This document shows, piece after piece, positions 46,819 through 60,033 of a stretch of DNA of 63,234 nucleotides. The notes beneath the pieces are model-generated. The model worked only from the letters and a program-made list of their open reading frames with translations, was not told where the DNA came from and did no database searches. Location: positions 1-63,234 of the forward strand of contig CDMY01000504.1 of NCBI GenBank assembly GCA_001179505.1, written 5' to 3'. The DNA comes from Vitrella brassicaformis CCMP3155. Lineage: Eukaryota > Protista > Chromerida. Numbering within the stretch: position 1 is the first letter of the stretch; each line of letters starts with the position of its first letter. Both the position numbers and the translations under genes were made by a program.

Positions 46819-49800
46819 TCATAACTCATCATTGTGACCGCCCTCGTCCGGCAGCTGCTCGTCAGGGTGCTGGAGAGAGAGGACGGCCGGGGAGGCGGCA
46901 GGCCGCAATGCAGACTGAACGGACGCACGAAGGACAACACACACGAAGAGCGTGAGCGATAGGGTGAGCGGCGAATGAGTTAGTTGTTGGGTTGTTTGCA
47001 CACCTGTACAGTTTGCAGCGCCGCCTCGAGTGCGATCCAGGACAGATAATTCGTCGACCCACCCGCTGCAACGGCCTGCGACCTGCACACACACAGATCC
47101 ACAGATGCACACAGACACAAGCGATTCAATCGCGTGCAGTGTGTCCATCGATGCTCGCTGACCTCGGCCTCAGCTGTGGCGGCAGCTTGGCCACATCGAA
47201 TGTGGTGTGAGGGTCGATGCTGAGGACGAACATGAGCCCCGTGAGGAAGTCGCTGACGACTTGCACCAGGTTGCCCCACACACGCGCCTCGTCATCGACG
47301 TCCTGGCTGCTCACTTCGCCCAGCAGCACACGGCCGGAGGGATGGGAGAAGTTCCTGCTCAACAGATACCGCTGAGGGGAAGCCACACACGTGGGCACAC
47401 ACAGAGAGGCGCGTGTGCGTGTGGTAGATGCATGGATGGATGGATGAATGGATGGATGGATGGTGTCTTAGTTACCTGGAAGTTGTCAGTCCTGATAGCC
47501 TTGGGCATGCTCTCCGTCCACTGGTCGAACAAGTGTGCCATCTCCCCCTCCTTGCTCCAGTCCACCTTGCCCTGCCCAGCGCCTCTGACAGGCTTGAGCG
47601 TGCCCCTGTTGGTGCGGTAGAAGTCCAGCCAGAAGAGGCACAGCAGCCGGGAAAGATTGAACATTTCAACTGCAGCGCACAGGTCGCATGGCAGATACCG
47701 GTGTGTGTGCGTACACGCCTTGCTTGGCTTACTTACTGAGAGCGAACAGGTTGGACCTCCAGCCCTTCACCGTTCGGGCGAACTCCCTGTCGTCCATTCT
47801 CTTGACGTCATCCGGCCATGGGTTCACATCCAGCCAGAAGGTCTCGTTGCCCAGGGGGTACTGGGGGAAAGACAGACGAGGGCCGTCAACACCCTTCCTC
47901 TAAGAACACACATACAAACCACACACGACAAATGGCCCCAACACACGGATACACACATCCACTGTCCCATCTCACCTGTATGAGGACCATCATGTTGCTG
48001 CCCAGCACGGTGCGATAGTCCTCAAACCGGTCGATCGCCTTGTCATCGCCATAGAGCAGCGTCGCATTGCCGGCAAAGTCGGGCCATTTGGCCGGGGTGG
48101 GGGGCGGGGTGGGCTGGCCGTCACTGACGAACGTGAATGGCGTGTCGAGGATGGAGCCGTGGGAGTAGTGCAGGAGAGGGAAGCCCTCCTCGGCGCCGAC
48201 CTGCATGTGTGGCGTGGCAGGGCGAGAGACGCTACCATTGCATCTGTGTGTGCGTGGCTGTCCTCACTTCAGCGAGGTCGGTCATATCGACGTCGACCGT
48301 GAGGTCGGCCGCGCCGGGGCAGGCGTAAGGAGAGTCCTGACAGCTCTCGGACTTGCTGTATGTCCTGCAGACACACTCATGCACACACACGTCCATCACT
48401 CAACGCGTTCGTTCTTGTGCCGTCGTGTGTGGACTCGCTTGCCTGAAGAGTTTGTTCTCGTACGAGAGAAGGTGGAAGGTGTGTCCGTCAAAGCCGTAGT
48501 CGACGTGGATGGCGTAGCCCCGATCCAACACGGCACTCGCCACCTACAAGTGTCCACACACAAGCGCAAGAACGGATATACGCCAGCCAATCCACACCGC
48601 GCCACGCACCTTCATGAAGTCTCGTATCCTCAGGTTGGCGTAGGTCGTCACGGGCCGCCCGCCAGCCCGCATCGACGTCTCCCTCAGCCTCTTCTTTGAC
48701 CGAACCAGCCACCGAGCCAGCTCTGGCGGCCGATGTGCTGACCAAACACACACACAAAGCAGGAGCAAGGTGGTCTGTGTGTGTGTGCGTGTGTGTGTGT
48801 GTGAGTGTGTTGACCTGGGTCTGTGTGGAAGTAGACCTCGACCGTGTGGACGCTTCGAATGAATGTCGACTCGATGGGGTCTGTGCCGCCCTCCGTCCCC
48901 CACCTGCCGCGGCCACGGGCAATGGCGTCGCGAAGGTGCCCATACGACGACCTGATCGATCGACACACATCTGTGATGTACATGAGTCAGTCGTATCTGT
49001 CTGTATGTTTGTCGGTACCTTGAGAGAACGACATGGTCGTCTGGGGCAGGGAAGGGCTGCCGGGCGTTGAGTGCTTTCTTGAGCCAATCAGAGTCCTCAT
49101 AAACAAGCTGCCGAAGAGCCGGCACCTACACACAGCGGACAAGAAACCCCCCTCCATCCATCCAGTACGCACACACACGCGCCATCGCGCGCACCTCGTC
49201 CTTCACGCTCGCCTTGCCCAACGACTTCAGCACGTGATCGAGAGGCTTCTTGCGGATCACCATGACCAGATAGCACAGCTCCACGCGAACACTGTCGGCC
49301 CCCTTGGCCGATGCAGTGAGCCACGACAGCCACGAAAACGACTGCGAGGGGAAGGGGGGGAACGACACGCGGACCTTGGTGTACTCGAAGGCGTCGACCA
49401 GCTCGTTGGTCACGACTATGCCCGTGACGGGCCTGCTTCCATCGGCAACCTGCACAAACACTCATGTCGGGACATCTATGCGACACACGCAGAATTTGTT
49501 TCTCACCTCTGATTCTGCATCGATGGCTGTTTCCCGCATCCAGTCATGGCTCATGAAGGGCGTGACGTTCCTCGCGTCAAGCGGTGCGTGTGCGGTGAAC
49601 CGGCCGCCGTCCACATGCAGGGTGTTCTTGAGCAGCGACTGAGAGGCCAGCCCTTTGTTGACCTGCAGGTGCCATTGGTGACATCAAAAAATGGATGTGT
49701 GGATGGATGGATGGATGGATGAGTCACCTCTATTGCGTGGTAGCGGACGATGTCGTACATCTGCGGGTGGACCTCGTGCAGCCGCCTCAGTATGCTCTCA

Positions 49801-50373
49801 GCCAGCACGCCCCTGGACACACACACAGACACAGGGGAGGCATGCTTTTCCCTTGGTCTGTGTGTGGATGGGATGGCTGAGTCACTTGTTGGCTCCAAAT
49901 TCGAATATGTGGAAGTGCTCTCTTGGACCGTCGGACGCACAGCAATACCACCACAGCTGAACCATCCTGACACACAATCACGTTCACACAAATTAGATTA
50001 TATCTTCCTTGATCTGTTCACCCACCTCCCGACCTGTCTGCGATGACTGCGCCAAATCCAGTGTTGAAGAGCACCGGTATGGTCTGGAAGTCCTCCTGCA
50101 CACCGCCACGGCTCAACGAATAGTACCCCCAGGATGGGGAGAACACCTACACAGACACACACACACACAAGGAGTCACCCATTGCAACGCATCTTCTTCC
50201 CCATTTCTGCGTACCGCATCGAAGTGCAGCCCCGTGAAGTCATAGAGCCTCTCCATCAGTCGTGGGTCGTGCGCCAGCCCGATCCCGTCCCACTGCCGCA
50301 GCCACGACGGCATGGCTGCGACCGATGCAAGAGCGTGGCCAAGGCATAACAGCAACAGGACGACTGAGAGCAT
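46819..50373 (-). CDS. NDUFAF7/MidA-family (DUF185) SAM-dependent methyltransferase with N-terminal signal peptide and long C-terminal extension
   Basis: Exons: WGYYSLSRGGVQEDFQTIPVLFNTGFGAVIAD; EVHPQMYDIVRYHAIE; GIVVTNELVDAF; GYAIHVDYG; DLTVDVDMTDL; MMVLIQ. N-terminus MLSVVLLLLCLGHALASVAA. Confidence 0.7.
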
Positions 50374-50686
50374 GGCTATCTGCAGAGCATACACACACGC
50401 ACACGCATTGGCATTGCAGACAGGGATGCCCAGGCTGCTCATGAGTGCACTCACCTCTCTGTATCATTCCACGAGCGCTTGTAAGCGCATTCTTTTTGAC
50501 TGCACGCCTTCTGCTGACAGATGAAGGCCGTATCTCTTCAAATCAAGGAGATCTGAGGAGGGAGATCTGCAACGCCGAGCTCGCCATTTTCGAGCTCGCA
50601 AAATCAACCGGAGAGAAAAGGCCAGCAAAAGGGTCAGAGGCAGCACGTGTGCAAGATCTGATAAGCTCCCATCGCCAATAGCCGGC

Positions 50687-53523
50687 ATGCAGCCCCGGTG
50701 CACGTCGGGTTCGCCACGGCATGTGCCTCGACGGCACTCGCCGTACGACAGGAGCAACAGCGGCGCCCACAGCGGGCACAGCACAGGCAGCGCGGGCAGC
50801 GTCAACAGGCAGACACAGGGACAGTACAGGAGAGGTAAGTTAAGTGATGTGAGGCAACGAGCGCAACCCACACGTACAAGTGTCTTTGTGTGTGGATGTC
50901 GGTGATATATTGTGTGTGGATGTCGTTGTTGCTTTCAGGCGAGACGAGTTATCTGCCTGGGATGACGTTGACTGACTTGTGGTTCGACTGCCCACTCGAC
51001 TACAACAATCCCAAGGGCGAATGGGTGGGTATAGGAGCGCGGCAGACAGACAGACAGACAGACAGGCGGATGTGCGATGGTGTGCGTTTGTGCGTTGGGT
51101 CCACGCAGATCAAAGTGTTTGTCCGCGAGGTCGTATCGACAGGCCGCGAACGGTCCAATCAGGTGGCTTCATACACCCATTCACTGCCAGCGTCAGCACG
51201 CGCCACTGGGTCTGTCTGTGTGTCTGTGTGTGTTCAGCCTGCCTTGCTGTACCTGGAGGGCGGGCCCGGGTTCCCCGCACCACGACCGGTGTCCAAATCC
51301 GGTAAGCGTCGATAGCGATCGACAGACACGCGAGAACACGTGTACAACTCAGTCTGTGTGTGGGTGTGCTGTCGTGTGTGCGGTTCTAGTAGGTTGGCTC
51401 CACCGGTCTCTGGAGGAGTATCGCGTCTACCTGCTCGACGAGCGGGGCACCGGCAACAGGTCACCACACTGATGGCCGTGAGTGTGCTTACTTGCGCGTG
51501 TGTGGTGTGGATGATTCAGCACGCCCGTGACCCACGAGACGTTGAGCCACTTTCCATCCCCACAGCAGCAGGCTGCCTACCTGATGCACTTCAGGGCCGA
51601 CAGCATCATCCGCGACTGCGAGAGGATCAGGAGCATACTGCTCAACCAAGAGAGGTGACCGACACACACACAGACACACACGAAGGACGTCTGGGTACAC
51701 GTGCGTGTGTGTGTGTGTGTCAGGTGGACGGTGTTGGGTCAGAGCTATGGCGGTTTCCTGATCATGAGATACCTGTCGGAGGCGCCACATGCGCTGGAAG
51801 CCGCCATCATCACAGGGGGGCTGCCGCCCCTTCAACGCAGGTATCTGTCGCCATGCACATTCCACACACAGGTCAAGGTCATCGCTCTCTGCAACTTTCC
51901 ATGCGATCAACAATTGTCAATCATCAGCGCTGAGGAGGTCTATCGTGCCACGTTTCGTCGCGTCATGGAGAGGAACAGGCGATTCTACGAGAGATACCCA
52001 GGGGTCAGCTCAGCCAAACAGTCAGAAGACACAACACAAACCGGCACAGCCACACAAGGGTGCATGGGCATGTGGTTCGTGTGCATCAGGACGTCAAGCG
52101 TGTGCAGGACATCGTGCGCCACCTCCACTACAACCCCACACCGCTGCCCTCGGGCGGCCTCCTCACCGCCAGGCGGTTCCTGCAGCTGGGCATGGGATTT
52201 GGCATGGCCTCGGGCTTCGAGTAAGAGAGCACACACGGACACAAAGAGGATCCTGTGACATTTTGGGCGGCTTCATGTGTGATGATTCAATCAGGTACAC
52301 TCACTACCTGATAGAGCAGGCCTTCCTGACGCCTCCAGTTTTGCCGACGCCCGCACCAGTGCCACCACCCGCCGCACCGGCACCAAGTACGGCTACAGAG
52401 AGAGACACATGGCTGCCCCCACCACCGTGCACAATGTGTGTGTTACGGTTGCAGGTGCATCGTCGTCTTCCCCCCCTCCCCCGTCCTTCCACCCATCTGG
52501 CGAGGCGATGCCGCAGCAGGCGTCACTCACACTCATGGACGTCGAAAGCCCCACAGGTATCCGTATAGAACTTTATGCAGACAAAGTGTGCCTGTGTTGA
52601 GAGGGGGGCGTGTGTGTTTCGTTGTGTTGGTGTCATAGGCATGCGCGACATGAGCACCGGTCCGATGCGGCCGGTGGAGCCTCTGCAGCTCAGCTATCAG
52701 TTCCTCAGGGGCGTCGAGAGCGGACAGTCTTTCGAGGTAAGGGACCCCAGCTCACCAGACAGACAACCAGCACAGTGAACCTGTCTCTGTGCAGCTGAAC
52801 CCGTTGTACGCGTTGCTGCACGAGTCCATCTACTGCACGTCGGGTGTGCCGCCGTCGATGTGGGCGGCCGAGCGCGTCATCCGCGGCGGTGACCCGATGT
52901 TTGTCCGGGCATTCGACTATGAGGGCAAGCTGCACTACAGCGATGGAGACATCATGAAGGAGCCCATTCTTTTCACCGGTAGACGTGCCGATGGGTGTGG
53001 GGTGGGACGGGAGGAGGCGCATCCTCTGTCGTGTGTTCCGTGTGTGTGTTGTGTTGTGTGTAGGTGAGATGGTGTTCAGTTGGATGTTTGAGGACTACGA
53101 GAAGCTGAGGCCTCTCAGGGACGTGGCCAACCTGATCGCCAACAAAGACGACTGGCCGCCTCTCTACAGCATTGACAGCCTCAAAAGGTACCAAACAACA
53201 CAGACGGACACACACACATGCGTCCATCCACATGTGATGGTCAGGTGTGACGTGCCGTGTGCTGCTGCGGTGTATTACGAGGACATGTATGTGGAGTCTC
53301 GCTTCTCGGAGGAGACCGCCAATGTGCTGCCCTCATGCAAGATTTGGCTCACTAACGAATACCAACACTCGGGGCTCAGAGGTACGTCGACGAGACGCAG
53401 AGAGAGAGAGAGAGAGAGAGAGAGAGCTGGACGTTTGACCTGTTTCAACGTGCAGATGACGGCTACACGATTTTGAACAAGCTTTTTTGGATGGTCCGGG
53501 GCGGCGTGGCCATCCCGTCATGA
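50687..53523 (+). CDS. pip: Proline iminopeptidase (alpha/beta hydrolase, S33)
   Basis: LYLEGGPGF, LLDERGTG, FRADSIIRD, GQSYGG nucleophile elbow, TGGLPP, FTGEMVF, YYEDMYV, NEYQHSGLR. Confidence 0.92.
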
Positions 53524-54026
53524 CACTCATGGGTGGATGAAGATCGATGGATGCGTGGAGTGCGAAATGCGCGCGCATTTGCCTACATTGACATGCAGAC
53601 AGGCATTGGTGTGTGTGTGCGTGTGTAGCTGAGCGAGTATGTATACTAGCGGGCGGAAATGTGTACGTTTGTGTGTTGTGTACATACATTCAGGCAGGCA
53701 GGCATCGGCCGATCGGCCCTCTAATGAGCGGCCGCGTGTGCAAGGCAGTGGTCGACACGGACTCATGCGTGCAGTGGACGATGGGAATCGCTGTTCCTTC
53801 TAGCTGCACGTATGTATGTGCGTGTTGACTGCATTGTGGCCGTATACACTGACTGATTCAATATCCCACAGCAGTACCTACCAACGTGCACTAAGAGAGT
53901 CACCCCTCAACCCAGTGTTGTCCGTCCATCGGTCGCCGGCAGGGACATCTGCCACCCGCAGGCAGTGAACGCATAACGCAGCAAAGGCAGTCTCTTTCGC
54001 TAGTGGATGCACAACGACGGCCGGCG

Positions 54027-57000
54027 TCACTCGGCCACCAGCTGCAACTCGAGGTCGCATTCGCCGGCGCCATCTTCCCCCCCACATTCAGCCCTCGCCA
54101 TGTTGTAACTGGTCTGGACTCGCTCGAAGCAACTCCACGCAAACAGCCTCAGACCGCCCCCCAACTCACCGGCAGGCAAGGTTGCAGACAGATCGACCTT
54201 GGCCGGTCGCAGCGTTGAGACAAGCTGCAAAAAGGCCATCACGGCCGTGGTGCTGCCTAGACGGGGAGAGGTCAGGTGCTCTATGGGAGGCGCGCGGAGG
54301 GCCCACACAGGACGCACAATCCGTGGCCACAGGTCCATCTCAAGAGGCCGGACAAAATCGACCTTGGCCAGCTGCCTCCCGGACAGGTACGATAGCAGCT
54401 CACAGCCTACGGCTAAGCTGGGCAGAAAGTAGAATCTGACTCGCTTGACCCCCGTCAGCCCCCCGATGAATCGACTGAGCTTGGATGGCGCAGAGGGCAG
54501 GTCAGAGAGAGAGAGTGTGGAAAAATGCACCTTCAGCAGCTCGACATGAGGGAAGGATCGGCTGGCCGCCGTCTGCCCCTCGCCCTCTCTGTCGATCAGC
54601 CACTCGGGGATGCTCTCTACCACCGCTGAGCCACTCGCGCCCTCTTCGAAGTCGATGGAGAGTGTGGACGCCCTGGGGAAGACCAGAGTGTCACGCCATG
54701 AGGAGTGGAGGGCCGTCCCACCCAGCTTCACCTCAACCTGCAAGTACTCACGTACATTCCCGCACACAACCAGCAAGTACCCAGAGAACGCCTCCCTCTC
54801 TTGCCTGCCATTCCTCACCGACGGCGCCTTCCTCGCCAGCTGTCTTGCGCTATCGGCATAGAAGCCGCCAGGCGCATGGGGGGCATTCGCTGCCTCACTG
54901 CTGCAGTCGATGAGCAGGCTCTCCTCGAACTCCGACGTCACGTCTTCAGGCCGCCACTCGAGCTCGCAATTTACCTCGGCCGCCCACTTGCTCATCGCCT
55001 CTCCATCAACCGCCCCCTGCCCGAAGTCCACACCGATCGTCGCATCACGCACTACGAACCCCAGCTTCTTCGGCACATCTGACATAGAACAAATGAGAAA
55101 CAAGGACAATGAGCCAGCCACAGCACAGCTCTCGGCCAAGTCACCTACCTTTGTTCTCCGGTTTGCTCCAGAGTGGGTTGAGAGCCTGCTTGAGGTCATT
55201 GAGGCGGCCGAACTGGTGGGTGCGGATCATGACGCCGGTGATGATGGTGATGTGGGGGCAGTGGGCGAGGACAGCGATGAAGTCGCGCCAGTCGTCGTCG
55301 TCGAGGTGGATCCAGTTGGTCTGCAAGCGCTCGATCTTGGGCGACCTCTCCAGGACGCCGAAGAGGCTCTCCACTATTTCACCAATAGCAATGGTGTCGA
55401 TCCGAAGGCTCCTGAGGTTGGGGAATGCCCAGCGACGCTCACTGCAGACAGGGGATGGTCGGGTGGATGCGCCAATTTGCACAAGCACGTTTGCTCATCC
55501 CCCTGTGTGCTCACCTGACGTGTATGAGAAACGAAAGGTCTCCGATGTCCATGTGAAGCAGTCTCGGGAAGGTCATCGGGTCGCCCGGGGCACATGTATT
55601 GCCAAAGTCGGGACACCTATCGAGCGTATCGCTCGGTACGTGCAGATCCTTGAGCGTCGCTCTGGACGCCTCGAGGCACTCAGACACACACCGCAAGGAT
55701 CTCAGGGATCCAACGTAGGCCGTCTGGATCTTGTCCTGCACACACCAAACCAACCAAAACACCGGATCGCTCACTGGTTGGTCTGCTCTCTCCAACCGGG
55801 CCTCTCACCAGATGCTGTAAGTGCTCCAGCCTCTGGATGTTCTCATAGATCCGGCCCTCCTCCTCCGTCACGCTGAAGTGCCGGAACACGCCGAAGGTCT
55901 CGTCAATGGCTTTCTGTCGGGTCTCCCTGTTGACCTTGGGCATCCGGGCTGCCGTCTTGGTGCTGACGAAGGAGCCCAGGTGACCCATGACGCCCTCAGG
56001 CAGACCCGGCAGACACGGACGGCCATAGCCCTGACACACACAAGGGATAAAGGAGGATGACGACAACGCACTCACGACAACAGACATGGTGATGTGTGCC
56101 ACCTGTGAGCTGCCCCTTTGCTGTTGTGTCCCTCCCGCAGCACCACCAACACTACTCGAACCACCTGAAGGCAACACACACCACAAGGCAGCACAGCCGT
56201 CGTCACGATGTGTGTCAGTCCATCGGGCGGTGTTATGTGTACCTCCTCTACTCGCGGCGGCAGCAGCAGCAGCAGCCGGGCTGGTGCCGACACGCGAGCG
56301 CTTCCCGTCGCCAGTTGACACCTGAACACATGAGCCGGTCCACTTGTGGATGCACTGAGTATGTGTGCATGTTTCCACTGACCGCTTTGGTGTGCTGTGC
56401 CGCCTTGTCTGTCTCATCCGAACTCTCAGACACACCGGGGGGCCGGTCGTTGACATTGTACAGCCACCGGAAGCCCTTGGCGTCACCATCCTTGCGCTGA
56501 CATCCACACACACGTACACAGACGCAGGCCAGTGGTCAGCTCGCTACTGAGTGTGGCGTTGACTTCTCTGTCATTGCAGCTTTACATGTGTGCTGCGGTC
56601 AGCAGTGGGGACCTGCGACAGCTCGTTGGCGAGTGTCGAGTTGAATTCATTGAGAGGCTTCAACAGCACACCGACCAGCCGGCCAGCCAACGATGCACAG
56701 GCCTGCGAAGGGAGAAAGAGGCGGGTAATATGGCTGCACACGTGTGTTCGTGCTGACCTCTGTATTGGTGTCGGCATATGCCGCTGTCATCTTCGCAGCC
56801 ACAGCTTTCGCGCCCATGTCAGAGATCACCTACAGAGCAGAGCCACCAGCAGCTGCAGCATGTGAAGAAACTCGCCATCCCTCCCCTTTCTCTCTTTCTC
56901 CCACCAAGTGTATCTTGTCTATGACATCCCGCAAGCTGCCGTCGCCATCCGACCCGCCGCTCTCCTCCCCTGAATGCAACACACCATCACCACCCAGGCA

Positions 57001-57109
57001 AGGCATGAGACAATCGGCGGATCACGCCCATCAGTCGACGTGTGGCTGCAGGTGTGACTGTGTCATGACCTTGTAAGGGCACCGGGCCGCCTTCGCCACT
57101 TACGTCCAT
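54027..57109 (-). CDS. F-box/LRR-like protein, second subfamily, copy 1
   Basis: F-box-like LPGLPEGVMGHLGSFVSTKTAARMPKVNRE followed by LRR-like units (FPRLLHM, FPNLRSL, PKIERL, FPRASTL, FPHVELL). Confidence 0.7.
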
Positions 57110-57351
57110 CGCCAGGACACTATCAACAACCTGTACCAACCAATGAGAGAGAGGGAGATGAGATCCATCCACCCTCGTGTGTTTGTGTTTTCGTTTTCTT
57201 ACAGCGACTTCGGGAGCAATTTTTTCGGCTGCTGCCACCCATCATGCTGCAGCCGGTGCTGTTAGCGCTGCGTGTCGGCGGTGAAGTGGCAGATGCAGAT
57301 GCGCTGCCGCTTTCTTCCCGCCTTCCTTGGCTGGCCATTCATTCTCCCGTA

Positions 57352-57381
57352 TCAAGGGTTTCGCCGGGGTCAAAGGGTTTC
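57352..57381 (-). promoter_or_regulatory. Telomere-like GAAACCCTTTGACCC..GAAACCCTTGA motif in a divergent promoter
   Basis: Lies between starts at ~57109 (-) and ~57787 (+). Confidence 0.4.
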
Positions 57382-57786
57382 ATACCCTTGAACTCGACGC
57401 AGGTCTCGCCGCCCGTCGGAAAGACGCGCGCGAGAGGAATCACTCGAGTCATCCTCTCGACTGCTTTGAGTCATCCTCTCGACTGCTGCGGTGGGATGGC
57501 GGGCTATTGAGCTGACAGCCAAACAGAGGTGAGGGAGGCCGACCACTCACTGACTCACTGATGCGCTCACTGATCCATTGGCCTCAATGCATTCGCCGTC
57601 CTTTTCTGTTGGCATCTCTCTCTCTCTCTGTGCGTCTGTCATGCAGGCGTGTCGTTGAGGAGTGACGGCGGCCTCCTCATCTGCTGCTGCTGCTGCTGCT
57701 GGTGGTGCATTGACTTCTCTGCATGCTAATCTGTCCATCTGATCATCGAACGAGGTGAGCAGCACACAGATCAATGAGCAGCATGC

Positions 57787-59375
57787 TTGATGCACACGAT
57801 CCTCTGTCGGCTCTGTCGCTCTGTGCAGGCTGTTGTCGAGCACAGCCTAGCCCAGATGCAGCCACCGCAGCAGCAGCAGCAGCAGCCCTTCTCGTACATC
57901 TTCGTCGGCCGCCGCACCTTCTACCTCTTCAGCAGCATCAAGGACGTCGTGCGGCTGAGAGCCACCTGCACCTAGCTCAGGGATCTCTTCGGAGCGGCCC
58001 AGCTGAGAGATCGGCTCCGCCACTCGCTGGGCTCACAGGCGGGGCTGCGGTGGGCGGTGAATGGGCAGCAAGTGCAGCTGCTGCGGTTCGCCGACGACCA
58101 GTTCGGCGCCCATGATCTGCTCGCGGCTGTGTGTGTAGTGGAGGAGGGGAACTGGGGCGAGATGGGCGAGGTGATTGAGCTGGCCGGGCAGTGCGGCAAC
58201 CGTGAGCTGCCTGTGACCCTCAGTGCTGCTGACATCAACGCACACGCAAACAAAACGGTGAGCCGGCAAACAGACGGGCGGGGAGGGGAGGGAGAGGGCC
58301 TCATTCTCTCTGTGTCTGTGTGTGGTCGTGTGTGTAGGCGTATGTGTCGGTTCCCCGTGTATTGGCGCAGCTCAAGATGGTCGGCCGTCACGTCCACTTC
58401 AGTGACAACCACAGCCTGCAGCTGTTCCACCACGGCAACGGTCAGGTGCGGGCCATCATCGACGAGCCCGGCTTCCGGCTGCAGGTCGATCCGCCCCTCC
58501 CTGCCGGCCATCTGTACCAGCGGCACAGACAGCCACACGACCCACCGGTGCGTGAAAGCATCTACTACTCGACCACCCTCAGCCAATGGGTGTCGCTGTG
58601 GCCAGCTCACCGTTGCGTCAGTGTCTTCGTTTGCCAAGTTCATGGTCATCGACTACCTCCGCGAGACTCACCAAATCAACCACACAGGAATAAGACTCAA
58701 CAGGTGACAACACATCACTGGTACTGAAGGCAAGAGGGGTGCGCCGTTGACTGTGTGTGTGCGGTTGGCTGCTTCAGGGGTGTCGGTGGCGGCCGTGTGA
58801 ACGAGCTGCTGACCGAGTCGCCCCACACACCAGTGGCCGGCTGCACGACCACAATGAGCTTGAAGGGTCGTGAGCGACGGCTGGTGCTGACCGACAGCAG
58901 CCACCCCTTCGTCGCATGGATTGACATCTGGGATCGAGGCAATACCGGTCAGCGTGACAGAGGGGGAGTGCTGCTGGTCAAATGTCGAGGGGAGTGCTGC
59001 TGGCCAAATGTCGAGCTTTCTTGTTCCCCTTGTGCAGTCTATGTCCATTTCAGGACCAGTGAGGCGGCTGTGTGTGAGGGTGGTCTGTTCAAACACCGCT
59101 TCCCGGTCACCACTCAGCTGGCTCGCGTGGTATTGGGGGCGGTGGGACCATTCGTATTCGACGGACAAGTACAACAGCAACAGGAGCAGCAGCAATGGTA
59201 AACACATGGATGGATGGAAGACGTGCCTTCTCTTTCACTCTCTGTGTGTATGTGTCTGTGCAGATGCCGACGATGGCAGCGGCGATGAGATTGGTGACCG
59301 TGTGGATGACGGCAGCGGAGAGGGCGATGGAGGTACACAGCCACATACACCACAGAGGCCCCCACGTCGACCTGC

Positions 59376-59406
<31 letters not shown>

Positions 59407-59600
59407 CCTTGGGCAGGTGAGGGTGGCGCAGCTGAGGCGGAGGGCGGCGGCTGACCGATCCATTAGCCAACACGCACTGGTGGGTGCGCAGCGATACATC
59501 CCCTCTGTCGCCATGTGGCTGAGTGTCGCCCCGCCCTCTGTGCGTGTGTGTGTGTGTGTGTGTTGTCAGGAGGGCATCTCAAGTTGGGTGCTGGCTGTCG
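57787..59600 (+). pseudogene. Member of a multicopy lineage-specific family with a premature stop
   Basis: FSYIFVGRRTFYLFSSIKDVVRLRATCT*LRDLF..DLLAAVCVVEEGNWGEMGEVIELAGQCG. The TAG at 57973-57975 interrupts an otherwise continuous frame (probably TGG>TAG). Confidence 0.6.
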
Positions 59601-60033
59601 TCATTCATCTCTGTCGCCGATCCGTTTGTTCTTCAGGACACATCGCCCACCACTCACTCACTGTGTCGACCAGCTGTTGCTGTTGTGTGCACAGCAGATA
59701 GATAAGCAGGAGGGAGGGAAGGCGGCTGTGGTGGTGGACGCACCTTCACAAGCTCATCTCTCGTGTGCACAGCCAGCCTGCCTGCCTGCAGACCGGACGG
59801 TAGAGAGGGACAGGCCTCTATGCGTCGATTCCGCATCGATAGCATAGCGAGGCAGTGTTTTCCACATACAGTAGCGACTACCCACCACACACACGGCATG
59901 AAGAAGAGCCTGTTGGTGCAATGGTCGATCGGGTGGCTCAGCTGTACGTTAATCTTCACATGCAATGAATGATTCATGCAAGAAGTCAACCATGAAAGAA
60001 TCGCTAAACCTTATCTGCCCGCTTGCCCCTCCT

